Assembly (NCBI GenBank): GCA_041496385.1
Contig: JBGQEL010000069.1
Location: forward strand, 1 to 22,161
From: Candidatus Methylomirabilia bacterium
Lineage (GTDB): Bacteria; Methylomirabilota; Methylomirabilia; Rokubacteriales; CSP1-6
DNA length: 22,161 nt
Reading direction: 5' to 3'
Both the position numbers and the translations under genes were made by a program. The notes beneath the pieces are model-generated. The model was not told the origin of the DNA. It did no database searches and worked only from the letters and a program-made list of their open reading frames with translations. Positions 8,417 to 16,244 of the stretch are shown here, in pieces (position 1 is the first letter of the stretch; each line of letters begins with the position of its first letter).

Positions 8417-8632
8417 TTAGGCTGGATTATTCATGACCGAGGATACCGAGGTCGGACGGGTGGCGCTGCGGGCTGGGCCTGCGCGGGCGGCGAAGTGGGC
8501 CCCCCCAGTCCCGCCCGCAGCTCGAAGTGCAGCGATCGGGCGAGTGGGTGACGGAGCCGGTGCGCAGGCCCAGCCCGCAGCGACAGGACCCGTCCGGCTC
8601 ACGTGTGGTCGTTCGTGAATAGTCCGGTCTAG
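8417..8632. mobile_element. MITE-like structured repeat, copy 2 (216 bp, inverted relative to copy 1)
   Basis: Ends TTAGGCTGGATTATTCATGACCGA (8417-8440) and TCGTTCGTGAATAGTCCGGTCTAG (8609-8632). About 85% identical by hand count (33 mismatches, no gaps) to the reverse complement of 109-324. Confidence 0.85.
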
Positions 8633-9894
8633 CCGTCCGTCGTCGAGAGCGCGGCGAGCGCGGGGCGGCGCAGCAGCGTGACCGCGAGCGGGCCCAGCAC
8701 GAGCGCCGCGCCCAGCGCGTTGAGGATCGTGAAGCCCCACACGCCGAGGATCATGCCGCCGGCGGCGGAGCCGAAGGCGCCCATCAGGCCCATGACGAGG
8801 TCGGCGAAGCCCTGGGTGGAGGCGCGCTCGGCGGGCGACAGCGCGTCGGTCAGAAGCGCGCTGCCGGCCACGAAGGCGAAGTTCCAGCCGACGCCGTTGA
8901 GGAACAGGCCGGTGATGATCAACCCGCCGTCGCCGCCGGGCGCCAGCCCGGCGAGGATCACCGCGCCGATCAGCACGAGCGCGCCCACCCCGATGATCGG
9001 CAGGCGTCCGAAGCGGTCGCAGAGCCAGCCCGAGAGCGGCGAGGCCACGTACATCCCGCCCAGGTGGAGCGAGACCGCCAGGCCGATCGTGTTCACCCGA
9101 TGGCCCTGGTCGTGCAGGTACACGGGCGACGTCGACGTGGTGCTGATCATGACGAACTGGCTGATGGCGAGCGTGGCGAGCGCGATCTGCACGCGCGGGT
9201 CCGCGAGGATCGCGCCGAGCGAGCGCGCCGCCACGGGCGGCCGGCCGACGTCGAGGGTGTCCTGGAGCCGGCGCGCGATCGCCAGCGGGTCGGGCCGCAG
9301 GAACGCCTGGACCAGGAGCGCCGCCACCGCGTAGCCGGCGACGCTGATGAGAAACGCGCTCGCCGTCGGCGAGACGCCGAGGAGCGCGCCGGCGCGCAGG
9401 GCCGGACCCATGAGGTTCGGCCCGACGATCGAGCCCACGGTGGAGCCCCAGACGATCAGCCCCATCGCCCGCCCCCGTTGCGGGCCCGGGCTCACGTCGG
9501 CGGCGGCATAGCGCGCGAGAAGATTCGAGGTGCTGGCGATCCCGAACAGCGCCATCCCGCCGAGCATCAGCGCGAAGCTCCGCGTCGCCACGCCCATCAT
9601 GCCGAGCAGCGCCCCCACCACGGCGAGCCCGTAGCCCAGCGCCAGGCCGGGCCGGCGCCCGGACCGCGCCATCAGCTGCGCCAGCGGCCAGCTCGCGAGC
9701 GCGGTGCCCAGCGCGCCGACGGCGACCGGCAGGCCCGACCAGGTGTTCGTCCCGGTGATGCTGGCGGCCATGATGCTCCCGACCGCCAGGCTGATCGAGT
9801 GGCCGGCGCTCCCGCAGACCTGCGCCGCGAACAGGACGGCCAGCAGCCTGCCGCGACTCGCGCCGTCGCGCGGCGCCGCCGCCACCGCGCGCAC
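8629..9894 (-). CDS. MFS transporter
   Basis: Hydrophobic protein with 'LMARSGRRPGL', 'RYAAAD', 'SGWLCDRFGR' and 'GVGWNFAFVAGS'. Start uncertain (GTG 9894 or 9885). The stop TAG lies within the CTAG end of the repeat. Confidence 0.85.
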   Translation of the reverse strand: MRAVAAAPRDGASRGRLLAVLFAAQVCGSAGHSISLAVGSIMAASITGTNTWSGLPVAVGALGTALASWPLAQLMARSGRRPGLALGYGLAVVGALLGMMGVATRSFALMLGGMALFGIASTSNLLARYAAADVSPGPQRGRAMGLIVWGSTVGSIVGPNLMGPALRAGALLGVSPTASAFLISVAGYAVAALLVQAFLRPDPLAIARRLQDTLDVGRPPVAARSLGAILADPRVQIALATLAISQFVMISTTSTSPVYLHDQGHRVNTIGLAVSLHLGGMYVASPLSGWLCDRFGRLPIIGVGALVLIGAVILAGLAPGGDGGLIITGLFLNGVGWNFAFVAGSALLTDALSPAERASTQGFADLVMGLMGAFGSAAGGMILGVWGFTILNALGAALVLGPLAVTLLRRPALAALSTTDG

Positions 9895-9902
9895 CGGGCG
9901 GC

Positions 9903-10988
9903 TCAGGGCGCCAGCACGAACGGCACGCCCGCGCTCGCCGCCACCGCCCGGAGCTGGTCCATCAGATCGTCCGGGATCGGCACGCCGACGCTGAGGCGCT
10001 CGGTGCGGGTCGCGGTCTCGGGATCGCCGGCGACCAGCACGGGCTGCGCGGGATCCACGCGCTGCGCGCCGTGGAGCACGTCGATCACCTGATCGAGGTC
10101 GTCCTCGAACTCGTGCTCGCCGCGGAACGCGCGCGGATCGATCGCCAGGAAGAAGTGGCCGATGTTGTGCGGGTCCGACGGCTTCTGCGTCCGGTTGCGG
10201 ATCGGCGAGAACGAGGCGCCGCAGAGCGTGGCGCCGAGGATGTGCACCATGACGGCGAGGCCGTAACCCTTGTGGCCGCCCACCTCGCGCGCGCCGCCGA
10301 GCGGCGTGATGCCGCCGTCGGGGCGCTCGAAGACGTGGCGGAACGCGTCCTCGGCGTCGGTCACGGGCTGGCCCTCGCCGTCGACGACCCAGCCGGGCGG
10401 CAGCGGATAGTGGTTCAGCTTGTAGACCTTCACCTTCCCGGCGGCGACGGTCGTCGTCGCCATGTCGAGCTGGAACGGCGGGTTGCGCCGGGCCGGCGCC
10501 GCGAACGCCAGCGGGTTGGTGCCCAGGACAGGCTCCGCCGCGAACGTCGGCACCATCGAGACGCCCCGCGTGCCGGACGTCACCAGGCCGATCACCCCGC
10601 GGTCGGCCGCGATCCGCGAGTAACAGCCCGCCGCGCCGAAGTGATGCGAGTTGAACACCGACACCACGGCCACGCCCATCTCGTGGCATTTGTCGACCGC
10701 GAGGTTCATCGCGTGCACGGACACCGGATGGCCGAGCGACGCGTCGGCGTCGATCAGCGCCATGGCCGGCCCCTCGCGCAGGGTCTTGAACAGGGGGCGC
10801 ATGTTCAGCCGGCCGGCGCGGAACTCGCGGTCATAGGTCGGCAGCATCGAGATGCCGTGGGAGTCGACGCCGCGCAGGTCGGTCTCCAGCATCATCTCGG
10901 CCGTGGTCTCGGCGTGCGCGTCGGACATGCCCCAGGCGCGAAACACGGACACGAGCTGTCGACGGATCTGCGGCGCGGGGACTCGCAT
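9903..10988 (-). CDS. Ldh_2 family oxidoreductase (type 2 malate/L-lactate/sulfolactate/ureidoglycolate dehydrogenase family)
   Basis: Motifs 'DLRGVDSHG', 'NSHHFGAAG', 'GTNPLAFAAP', 'LDMATT' and 'GGHKGYGL'. SD GGGAGG upstream. Confidence 0.92.
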   Translation of the reverse strand: MRVPAPQIRRQLVSVFRAWGMSDAHAETTAEMMLETDLRGVDSHGISMLPTYDREFRAGRLNMRPLFKTLREGPAMALIDADASLGHPVSVHAMNLAVDKCHEMGVAVVSVFNSHHFGAAGCYSRIAADRGVIGLVTSGTRGVSMVPTFAAEPVLGTNPLAFAAPARRNPPFQLDMATTTVAAGKVKVYKLNHYPLPPGWVVDGEGQPVTDAEDAFRHVFERPDGGITPLGGAREVGGHKGYGLAVMVHILGATLCGASFSPIRNRTQKPSDPHNIGHFFLAIDPRAFRGEHEFEDDLDQVIDVLHGAQRVDPAQPVLVAGDPETATRTERLSVGVPIPDDLMDQLRAVAASAGVPFVLAP

Positions 10989-11012
10989 CGTTCGGCCTCC
11001 CGAAAAGACGGG

Positions 11013-12248
11013 TTACGCCCGGGCGAGCGCGGGCCGCGCGGGCTCGGGGAACGCGAGGCTGACGGGCGCCTCGGCTTCGAACGGGCTCAGCAGGCCCAGC
11101 TCCTTGCCGATGTCGCGCAGCGCGGGCAGCACTTCCTCCCCGAGGAGGCGGATGCACGTCCGCGTGTCCGCGCTCGAGACGAAGCCGTCCGCCGCCCAGA
11201 ACCCGAGGATGGACGGCCGCGTCTCCTCCAGCAGCCGCCGGAGCTTCGGGATGACGGTCTTCGGCGTCCCGGCGACGATCTGCTGATCGCGGAGCTGATC
11301 CTCCAGCGCGGCGGCGCGCGGGTTCGCGCGCCGGCCGACCGCGAACTCCACGAACGCGGTCCGGTTCGACGGCGAGAAGTATCCCGACGGGCTCGACCAC
11401 ACCGGGTGGGCCAGGCCCGTGAACTCGCCCTGCATCCACATGAACTGCCGCGCGTTCTCGAGCGCCTTCTCCTCGGTCTCCGCGACGTGGCAGCGCTGCA
11501 GGTATCCGCGGTACTCGGGGCCGCCCGCGTAGCCGGTCTCCGCGGCGACGCGGTCGTAGAGCTCCCAGATCTTCTTGGTGGCGTCGATCGCCGTGCTCAG
11601 CGCGATATAGGGATAGCGCTTCTTCGCCGCCCAGATGATCGTCTCCTTGCTCAGGACGCCCGGGATCCACACGCGCGGGTGGGGCTTCTGGAGCGGGAGC
11701 GCCCACGGATTGACCACGCGGTGCTGGTAGTGCGTGCCCTCCCAGCGGAACGGCCCGGGCTGGGTCCACGTCCGCACGATGAGCTCGTGGGCCTCCTCGA
11801 ACCGCTCGCGATTGAAGGCGGGATTGACGCCCGTCGCGAGCTGCTCCTGGCCGCCGCCGCGCACGAAGCCGGACACCAGGCGGCCGCGCGAGACCATGTC
11901 GATCATCGCGAGCTCTTCGGCCAGCCGCACCGGGTTGTCGGCGAGCGGCAGCGGGTTGCCGAGGAGGACGATCTTCACGCGCTTCGTCGTCGCCGCCAGG
12001 ATCGACGCGAAGACGTTGCACTTGGCCTGCATGCAGAACGGTGCGTTGTGGTGCTCGTTGAGCATGATGCCGTCGAAGCCGACCTCCTCGGCGATCCGGT
12101 AGTGCTCGAGGTACTCGTTGTAGAGGCGACTGCCGGCGACGGGATCGAAGTGGCGGTTGGAGAACATCAGCGCGGTGGCGCCGAAGTCGCGGCCCTCATC
12201 GGCTGGGTACGCCGACATCGGCTGCTCGGTGAAGTACATGAGGTGCAT
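11013..12248 (-). CDS. LLM-class flavin-dependent oxidoreductase
   Basis: Motifs 'AEEVGFDGIMLNEHH', 'PVRLAEELAMIDMVSRGRLVSGFVRG', 'PLQKPHPRVW' and 'EEVLPALR'. Confidence 0.93.
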   Translation of the reverse strand: MHLMYFTEQPMSAYPADEGRDFGATALMFSNRHFDPVAGSRLYNEYLEHYRIAEEVGFDGIMLNEHHNAPFCMQAKCNVFASILAATTKRVKIVLLGNPLPLADNPVRLAEELAMIDMVSRGRLVSGFVRGGGQEQLATGVNPAFNRERFEEAHELIVRTWTQPGPFRWEGTHYQHRVVNPWALPLQKPHPRVWIPGVLSKETIIWAAKKRYPYIALSTAIDATKKIWELYDRVAAETGYAGGPEYRGYLQRCHVAETEEKALENARQFMWMQGEFTGLAHPVWSSPSGYFSPSNRTAFVEFAVGRRANPRAAALEDQLRDQQIVAGTPKTVIPKLRRLLEETRPSILGFWAADGFVSSADTRTCIRLLGEEVLPALRDIGKELGLLSPFEAEAPVSLAFPEPARPALARA

Positions 12249-12260
12249 GGTCTCGTCCTC

Positions 12261-13064
12261 TCAGGCCTGGGTCACGAAACGGGTGACGAGCGAGGCCAGC
12301 GCCTCTGGCTTGTCCATCTCGACGAGATGTCCGGCGCCCTCGACGATCTCGAGCCGCGCCTGCCCGAGCGCTTTCGCGTAACGCTCGCCGCACTCGAGCG
12401 GCACGATGCGGTCGTCGCGGCCCCAGACCACGAGCGCCGGGGTGGCCACGCCGCCGAGCAGGTGCGGGAGCGTCGGGTTGTACATGTAGGGCTTCCAGGC
12501 GATGCGGAACGTCATCTCGCGATTGAGGTCCCACTGCTCCAGCATGGCGGTCGGCGGCTCGGCGCCGAAGATGCGGTCGAACGCGGCCTGGTCGGCGAAG
12601 CCGAGCCGCACGTAGTCGATGTAGGAGACCAGCGCCTGATCGGCGATCTCCCCGCGCTCGGGCTTGATCCCCATGGCGCCGACGAGGACGAGCCGGCGGA
12701 AGGCGCGCGGCGCCATCGTCGCCATCTCGGCCGCGATCCAGCCGCCGAAGCCGAGCCCGACCAGCGAGACGCTGCCGGGCTCCCGGGTGCCCTCGCGGGC
12801 GGCGAGGAGCGCCTGGTAGACGACGGCGACGTCGCGCACGTTGCGCATCCAGTCGGGCCGCTGCGAGCGGTCGTAGCCCGGATGCGATGGCAGGAGCACG
12901 GTGAAGTGCTGGGCGAGGGCATCGTAGAAGGGCAGCCGCTCGGGGCTGCCGATGTCGTGGTGGAGCACCAGCAGGGGCGCGCCGGCGCCCGCTCGGGCCA
13001 GGTGCAGGGCGATGCCCGCGACGTGGACGGTCTCGGATTCCCAGGCGACGGTCGTAGGGGTCAC
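12261..13064 (-). CDS. Alpha/beta-hydrolase fold protein lacking the nucleophile Ser
   Basis: Motifs 'GAGAPLLVLH', 'HPGY', elbow 'LVGLGFGGWIAAEMA', 'LVVWGRDDRIVP' and 'GAGHLVEMDKPE'. GTG start with TGtTAGAAT 9 nt upstream. Confidence 0.88.
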   Translation of the reverse strand: MTPTTVAWESETVHVAGIALHLARAGAGAPLLVLHHDIGSPERLPFYDALAQHFTVLLPSHPGYDRSQRPDWMRNVRDVAVVYQALLAAREGTREPGSVSLVGLGFGGWIAAEMATMAPRAFRRLVLVGAMGIKPERGEIADQALVSYIDYVRLGFADQAAFDRIFGAEPPTAMLEQWDLNREMTFRIAWKPYMYNPTLPHLLGGVATPALVVWGRDDRIVPLECGERYAKALGQARLEIVEGAGHLVEMDKPEALASLVTRFVTQA

Positions 13065-13112
13065 GGTGCCGTAATTCTAACAGCGGCCGCTCTACGTTGC
13101 CCGTTCAGAGTC

Positions 13113-14303
13113 TCAGCAGCACCCGCCGGCGATCGCGCGGTCCGGCCACCAGCCCCAGGGGCGCGGCCCGAAGTCCGGCGTGAACATGCGCCCGCGCTTC
13201 AGCGTCAGGTGCGGGGCGAACGCCCGATCGACGCGGAGCGGAGAGCCGAGGATGTCGTAGACCACCCAGGCGCCTTCCTTCATGTCCAGGACCGAGACGT
13301 CGGCCTGGCGCCCGACAGCGAGGCTGCCGATGCGTCCCTCGGCGCCGATCGCCTTGGCGGGGTTGGTGGTCGACATGGTCACCACCTGCGGCAGCGTGAA
13401 GCCGAGGCCCAGGAAGCGCGTCATGATCTCGGTCATGCTGTGCACGGTGTTGAGGCGCCCGGGCACGGTGAGGTCGGTGCTGATGCAGTGCGGGAGCAGC
13501 CCCTGCTCGATGCACCGGCGGCCGACGTCGAAGCTGAAGTTCATGCGACCGTGCGCGGTGTCGAACCAGACGCCGCGCGCGGCGGCCTCGCGCGCCTCCG
13601 GCACGAGCTTGCCGTTGGCGTCCAGCACGCCGCCGGGGTTGGGCGTGAAGTAGTGCGTCAGAATATCGCCCGGCTCGAGCAGGTCGAGCAGCGGGTGGAT
13701 CACTCTCGGATCGTAGCGCTTCTCGGTGTCGCCGATGTGGACCATGAGCTTGATGCCGGCCTCGCGCGCCGCGCGCCGGGCCAGCTTCGGCATCTCCATG
13801 CCCATGATCTCGAGCGCCGGCGAGACCATGCGCGCCTTGATGCCGCGGATCAGGCCCTTCTGCTCGGTGGCGACCTTGACGGTATCGGCGAGGTTGATGC
13901 TGCTCTCGGCGATGATGTCGGGCAGCGTCGCCAGCCCCGTCTGGCAGATGTGGAGGAACGGCACGATCTCGGTCGCGCAATTCGGCAAGATATGGCGCCA
14001 GCCGCCGAACGTGGCCGCGCCCGCGCTGCCCGCGTCGACGATCGTGGTGACGCCCGCGTAGACGCCGGCGAGGTCCGGGTTGACGCCGGTGCGGTTGATG
14101 CCCTCGAACACGTGAGCGTGCAGGTCGATGAGCCCCGGCGTGACGATCTTGCCGGCGACCTCGATCACGCGCGACGCCTCGGCCGGCGCGATGCCCGCCG
14201 CGACGCGCGCGATCGTCCCGTTCTCGACCGCGACGTCGAGCACGCCGTCGAAGCCGCTCGCGGGGTCCACGACCCGTCCGCCCTTCAGCACGAGATCGTA
14301 CAT
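13113..14303 (-). CDS. Amidohydrolase/deacetylase family metallohydrolase (dihydroorotase-like, COG3964 type)
   Basis: Begins MYDLVLKGGRVVDP. Motifs 'PGLIDLHAH', 'GVTTIVDAGS', 'GIKAR', 'MVHIG', 'THYF' and 'ISTD'. SD GGAGG at 14310-14314; -10 TATGAT at 14358-14363. Confidence 0.88.
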   Translation of the reverse strand: MYDLVLKGGRVVDPASGFDGVLDVAVENGTIARVAAGIAPAEASRVIEVAGKIVTPGLIDLHAHVFEGINRTGVNPDLAGVYAGVTTIVDAGSAGAATFGGWRHILPNCATEIVPFLHICQTGLATLPDIIAESSINLADTVKVATEQKGLIRGIKARMVSPALEIMGMEMPKLARRAAREAGIKLMVHIGDTEKRYDPRVIHPLLDLLEPGDILTHYFTPNPGGVLDANGKLVPEAREAAARGVWFDTAHGRMNFSFDVGRRCIEQGLLPHCISTDLTVPGRLNTVHSMTEIMTRFLGLGFTLPQVVTMSTTNPAKAIGAEGRIGSLAVGRQADVSVLDMKEGAWVVYDILGSPLRVDRAFAPHLTLKRGRMFTPDFGPRPWGWWPDRAIAGGCC

Positions 14304-14414
14304 GGCTGGCCTCCGGAGATTCGAGCGCGCCGCCGTGACGACGGCCGGTGCGGGGCCATCATACCCGGTTCCCGGCTCCGCGCCGACATCGAAGCCGTGC
14401 GATGATACCGATTC

Positions 14415-16244
14415 ATGACCAACCAGCTGCCCCGGATCCACGAGACCGAGCATCACGCCGCGGACCGGGCGACCACCCGGCCCGTGGTCGCGGGCACGCG
14501 GGGCGTCGTCGTGGCGGGCCATCCCCTGGTGTCGATGGCCGGCATGCGCATGCTCCTGTCGGGCGGCAACGCCTTCGACGCCGCCGTGGCCGCCGGCTTC
14601 GCCGCCGCGGTCGTCGAACCGACCGCGTCCTACACGCTCTGCGGCGAGTGCGTGGCGCTCGTGTACGACGCGGGGCGCGGCGACGTCTTCGCCGTGAGCG
14701 GTCAGGGAACGGCGCCGGCGCTGGCGACGACGGCGTTCTTCCGCGGACGCGGCCTGGACCGCATCCCGACCGGACCGGGGCCCGACGCGCATCTGTCGTT
14801 CACGGTGCCGGGCGCCGTCGACGCGTACCTGACGCTGCTCGAGACGCGCGGCACGAAAACGCTCGGCGAGGTGCTCGCCCCTGCCCTGCAATACGCCGAG
14901 CACGGCTTTCCGATGTACGAGTACATGCGCCGCATGCTCGCCATCCCGGAGAGCCGGACGCAGTTCGACGTCTATCCGCCCGGCGGCACCGCGGTGTTCT
15001 ATCCAGACGGCCGCCCGCCCGACGTGGGCGCGCTGTTCGTGCAGCCCGCCCTGGCCCGCACGCTCCGCCGCCTGGTCGAGGCCGACGCGCAGGCCCACGG
15101 TCACCGCGGTGCCGGCATCGCCGCGGCGCGCGAGCGCTTCTACCGCGGCGACATCGCGGCCACCATCGGCGCCTTCTCTTCGAGCCTCGGCGGACTCCTG
15201 CGGGCCGGCGACCTGGCCACGTACCGAGCCCGGCTCGAGCCGCCGCTCAAGACCACGTTCGCGGGCCGCGAGATCATCGCTCAGCGGGCGTGGACCCAGG
15301 GCCCCGTGCTCCTGCAGGCGCTCGGCATGCTCGCCAGGTTCGACCTCCGGGCGCTCGGACACAACTCGGCGCGCTACGTCCACGTGGTCGCCGAGGCGCT
15401 CAAGCTCGCGTTCGCCGATCGGGAGCGCTACTACGGAGACTCCGAGCGCGTCCCGCTCGCCGAGCTGCTCTCGCCCGCCTACGCGCGCGCGCGCGCCGCG
15501 CTGATCAATGTGGATCGCGCCATGCCCGCCGCCCCGCCCGCCGGCGACCCCTATGCCACCGCCGCGCTTGCGTCGGAGGGGCGGCGGCAGCCGGGGGGCT
15601 CGCAGAGCGAGTGGGGTTCCGAGCGAACGAGCCCCCCGGCTGCCGCCGCCCCTCCGACGCACGCCGACGGGACCACGCACATCGCCGCGATCGACGGCGA
15701 CGGCAACATGATCTGCCTGACGCCGAGCGGTGGTGTGTTCAGGAAATCGGCGTTCTCGCCCGAGCTGGGCTGCACGCTCAGCACGCGCAGCGAGATGTTC
15801 GTCCTCGAGGACGGACACCCCAACGCGCTCGCGCCGGGCAAGCGGCCGCGGACGACGCTCGTCAGCTACCTGATCTGCGACGACGGCGTCCCGACCATGA
15901 CGATCGGCTGTCCCGGCGGCGACGATCAGGCCCAGGCCGATCTGCAGCTCGTCCTCAACGTGCTGGTCTTCGGGATGAACCCGCAGCAGGCCGTCGAGGC
16001 GCCGCGGTTCTCGACCCAGACGCTCGTCAACTCGTTCCATCCCCGCGTCTACCGGCCCGGCCAGCTCAACGTGGAGCCCGGCATCCCCGAGCGCACGCGC
16101 GCGGAGCTGCGGGCGCTCGGCCACGCGGTCAGCGAGATCGGCGCCTGCGGCATCGGCGCCGTCGTGACCCGCCGCGATCCCGAGACCGGCGTCCTCTCGG
16201 CCGGCGCCGACCCGCGCCGCCCGACGTATGCGCTGGCCTGGTGA
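14415..16244 (+). CDS. ggt: Gamma-glutamyltransferase family protein (YwrD-like Ntn hydrolase)
   Basis: Motifs 'GGNAFDAAVA', 'TVPGAV', 'FYRGDIA', 'KLAFADRERYYGD', nucleophile 'GTTHIAAIDGDGN', 'PGKRPRTTL' and 'GADPRR'. Confidence 0.92.
   Translation: MTNQLPRIHETEHHAADRATTRPVVAGTRGVVVAGHPLVSMAGMRMLLSGGNAFDAAVAAGFAAAVVEPTASYTLCGECVALVYDAGRGDVFAVSGQGTAPALATTAFFRGRGLDRIPTGPGPDAHLSFTVPGAVDAYLTLLETRGTKTLGEVLAPALQYAEHGFPMYEYMRRMLAIPESRTQFDVYPPGGTAVFYPDGRPPDVGALFVQPALARTLRRLVEADAQAHGHRGAGIAAARERFYRGDIAATIGAFSSSLGGLLRAGDLATYRARLEPPLKTTFAGREIIAQRAWTQGPVLLQALGMLARFDLRALGHNSARYVHVVAEALKLAFADRERYYGDSERVPLAELLSPAYARARAALINVDRAMPAAPPAGDPYATAALASEGRRQPGGSQSEWGSERTSPPAAAAPPTHADGTTHIAAIDGDGNMICLTPSGGVFRKSAFSPELGCTLSTRSEMFVLEDGHPNALAPGKRPRTTLVSYLICDDGVPTMTIGCPGGDDQAQADLQLVLNVLVFGMNPQQAVEAPRFSTQTLVNSFHPRVYRPGQLNVEPGIPERTRAELRALGHAVSEIGACGIGAVVTRRDPETGVLSAGADPRRPTYALAW
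15569..15661. repeat. Perfect 34-bp inverted repeat with 25-nt loop inside the GGT coding sequence
   Basis: TGCGTCGGAGGGGCGGCGGCAGCCGGGGGGCTCG (15569-15602) is the exact reverse complement of 15628-15661. Total length 93 nt = 31 codons. Confidence 0.95.

Noticed and set aside
13090..13121. Selenocysteine read-through of TGA after GGCC
   Set aside because: No convincing SECIS hairpin follows, and read-through adds only six residues and runs into the next promoter region.
10071..14405. 1444-aa + strand ORF, and other long antisense or alternative-frame ORFs (for example 17486-19384, 2304-3947)
   Set aside because: These are shadow ORFs of GC-rich genes on the opposite strand, with no recognisable domains.
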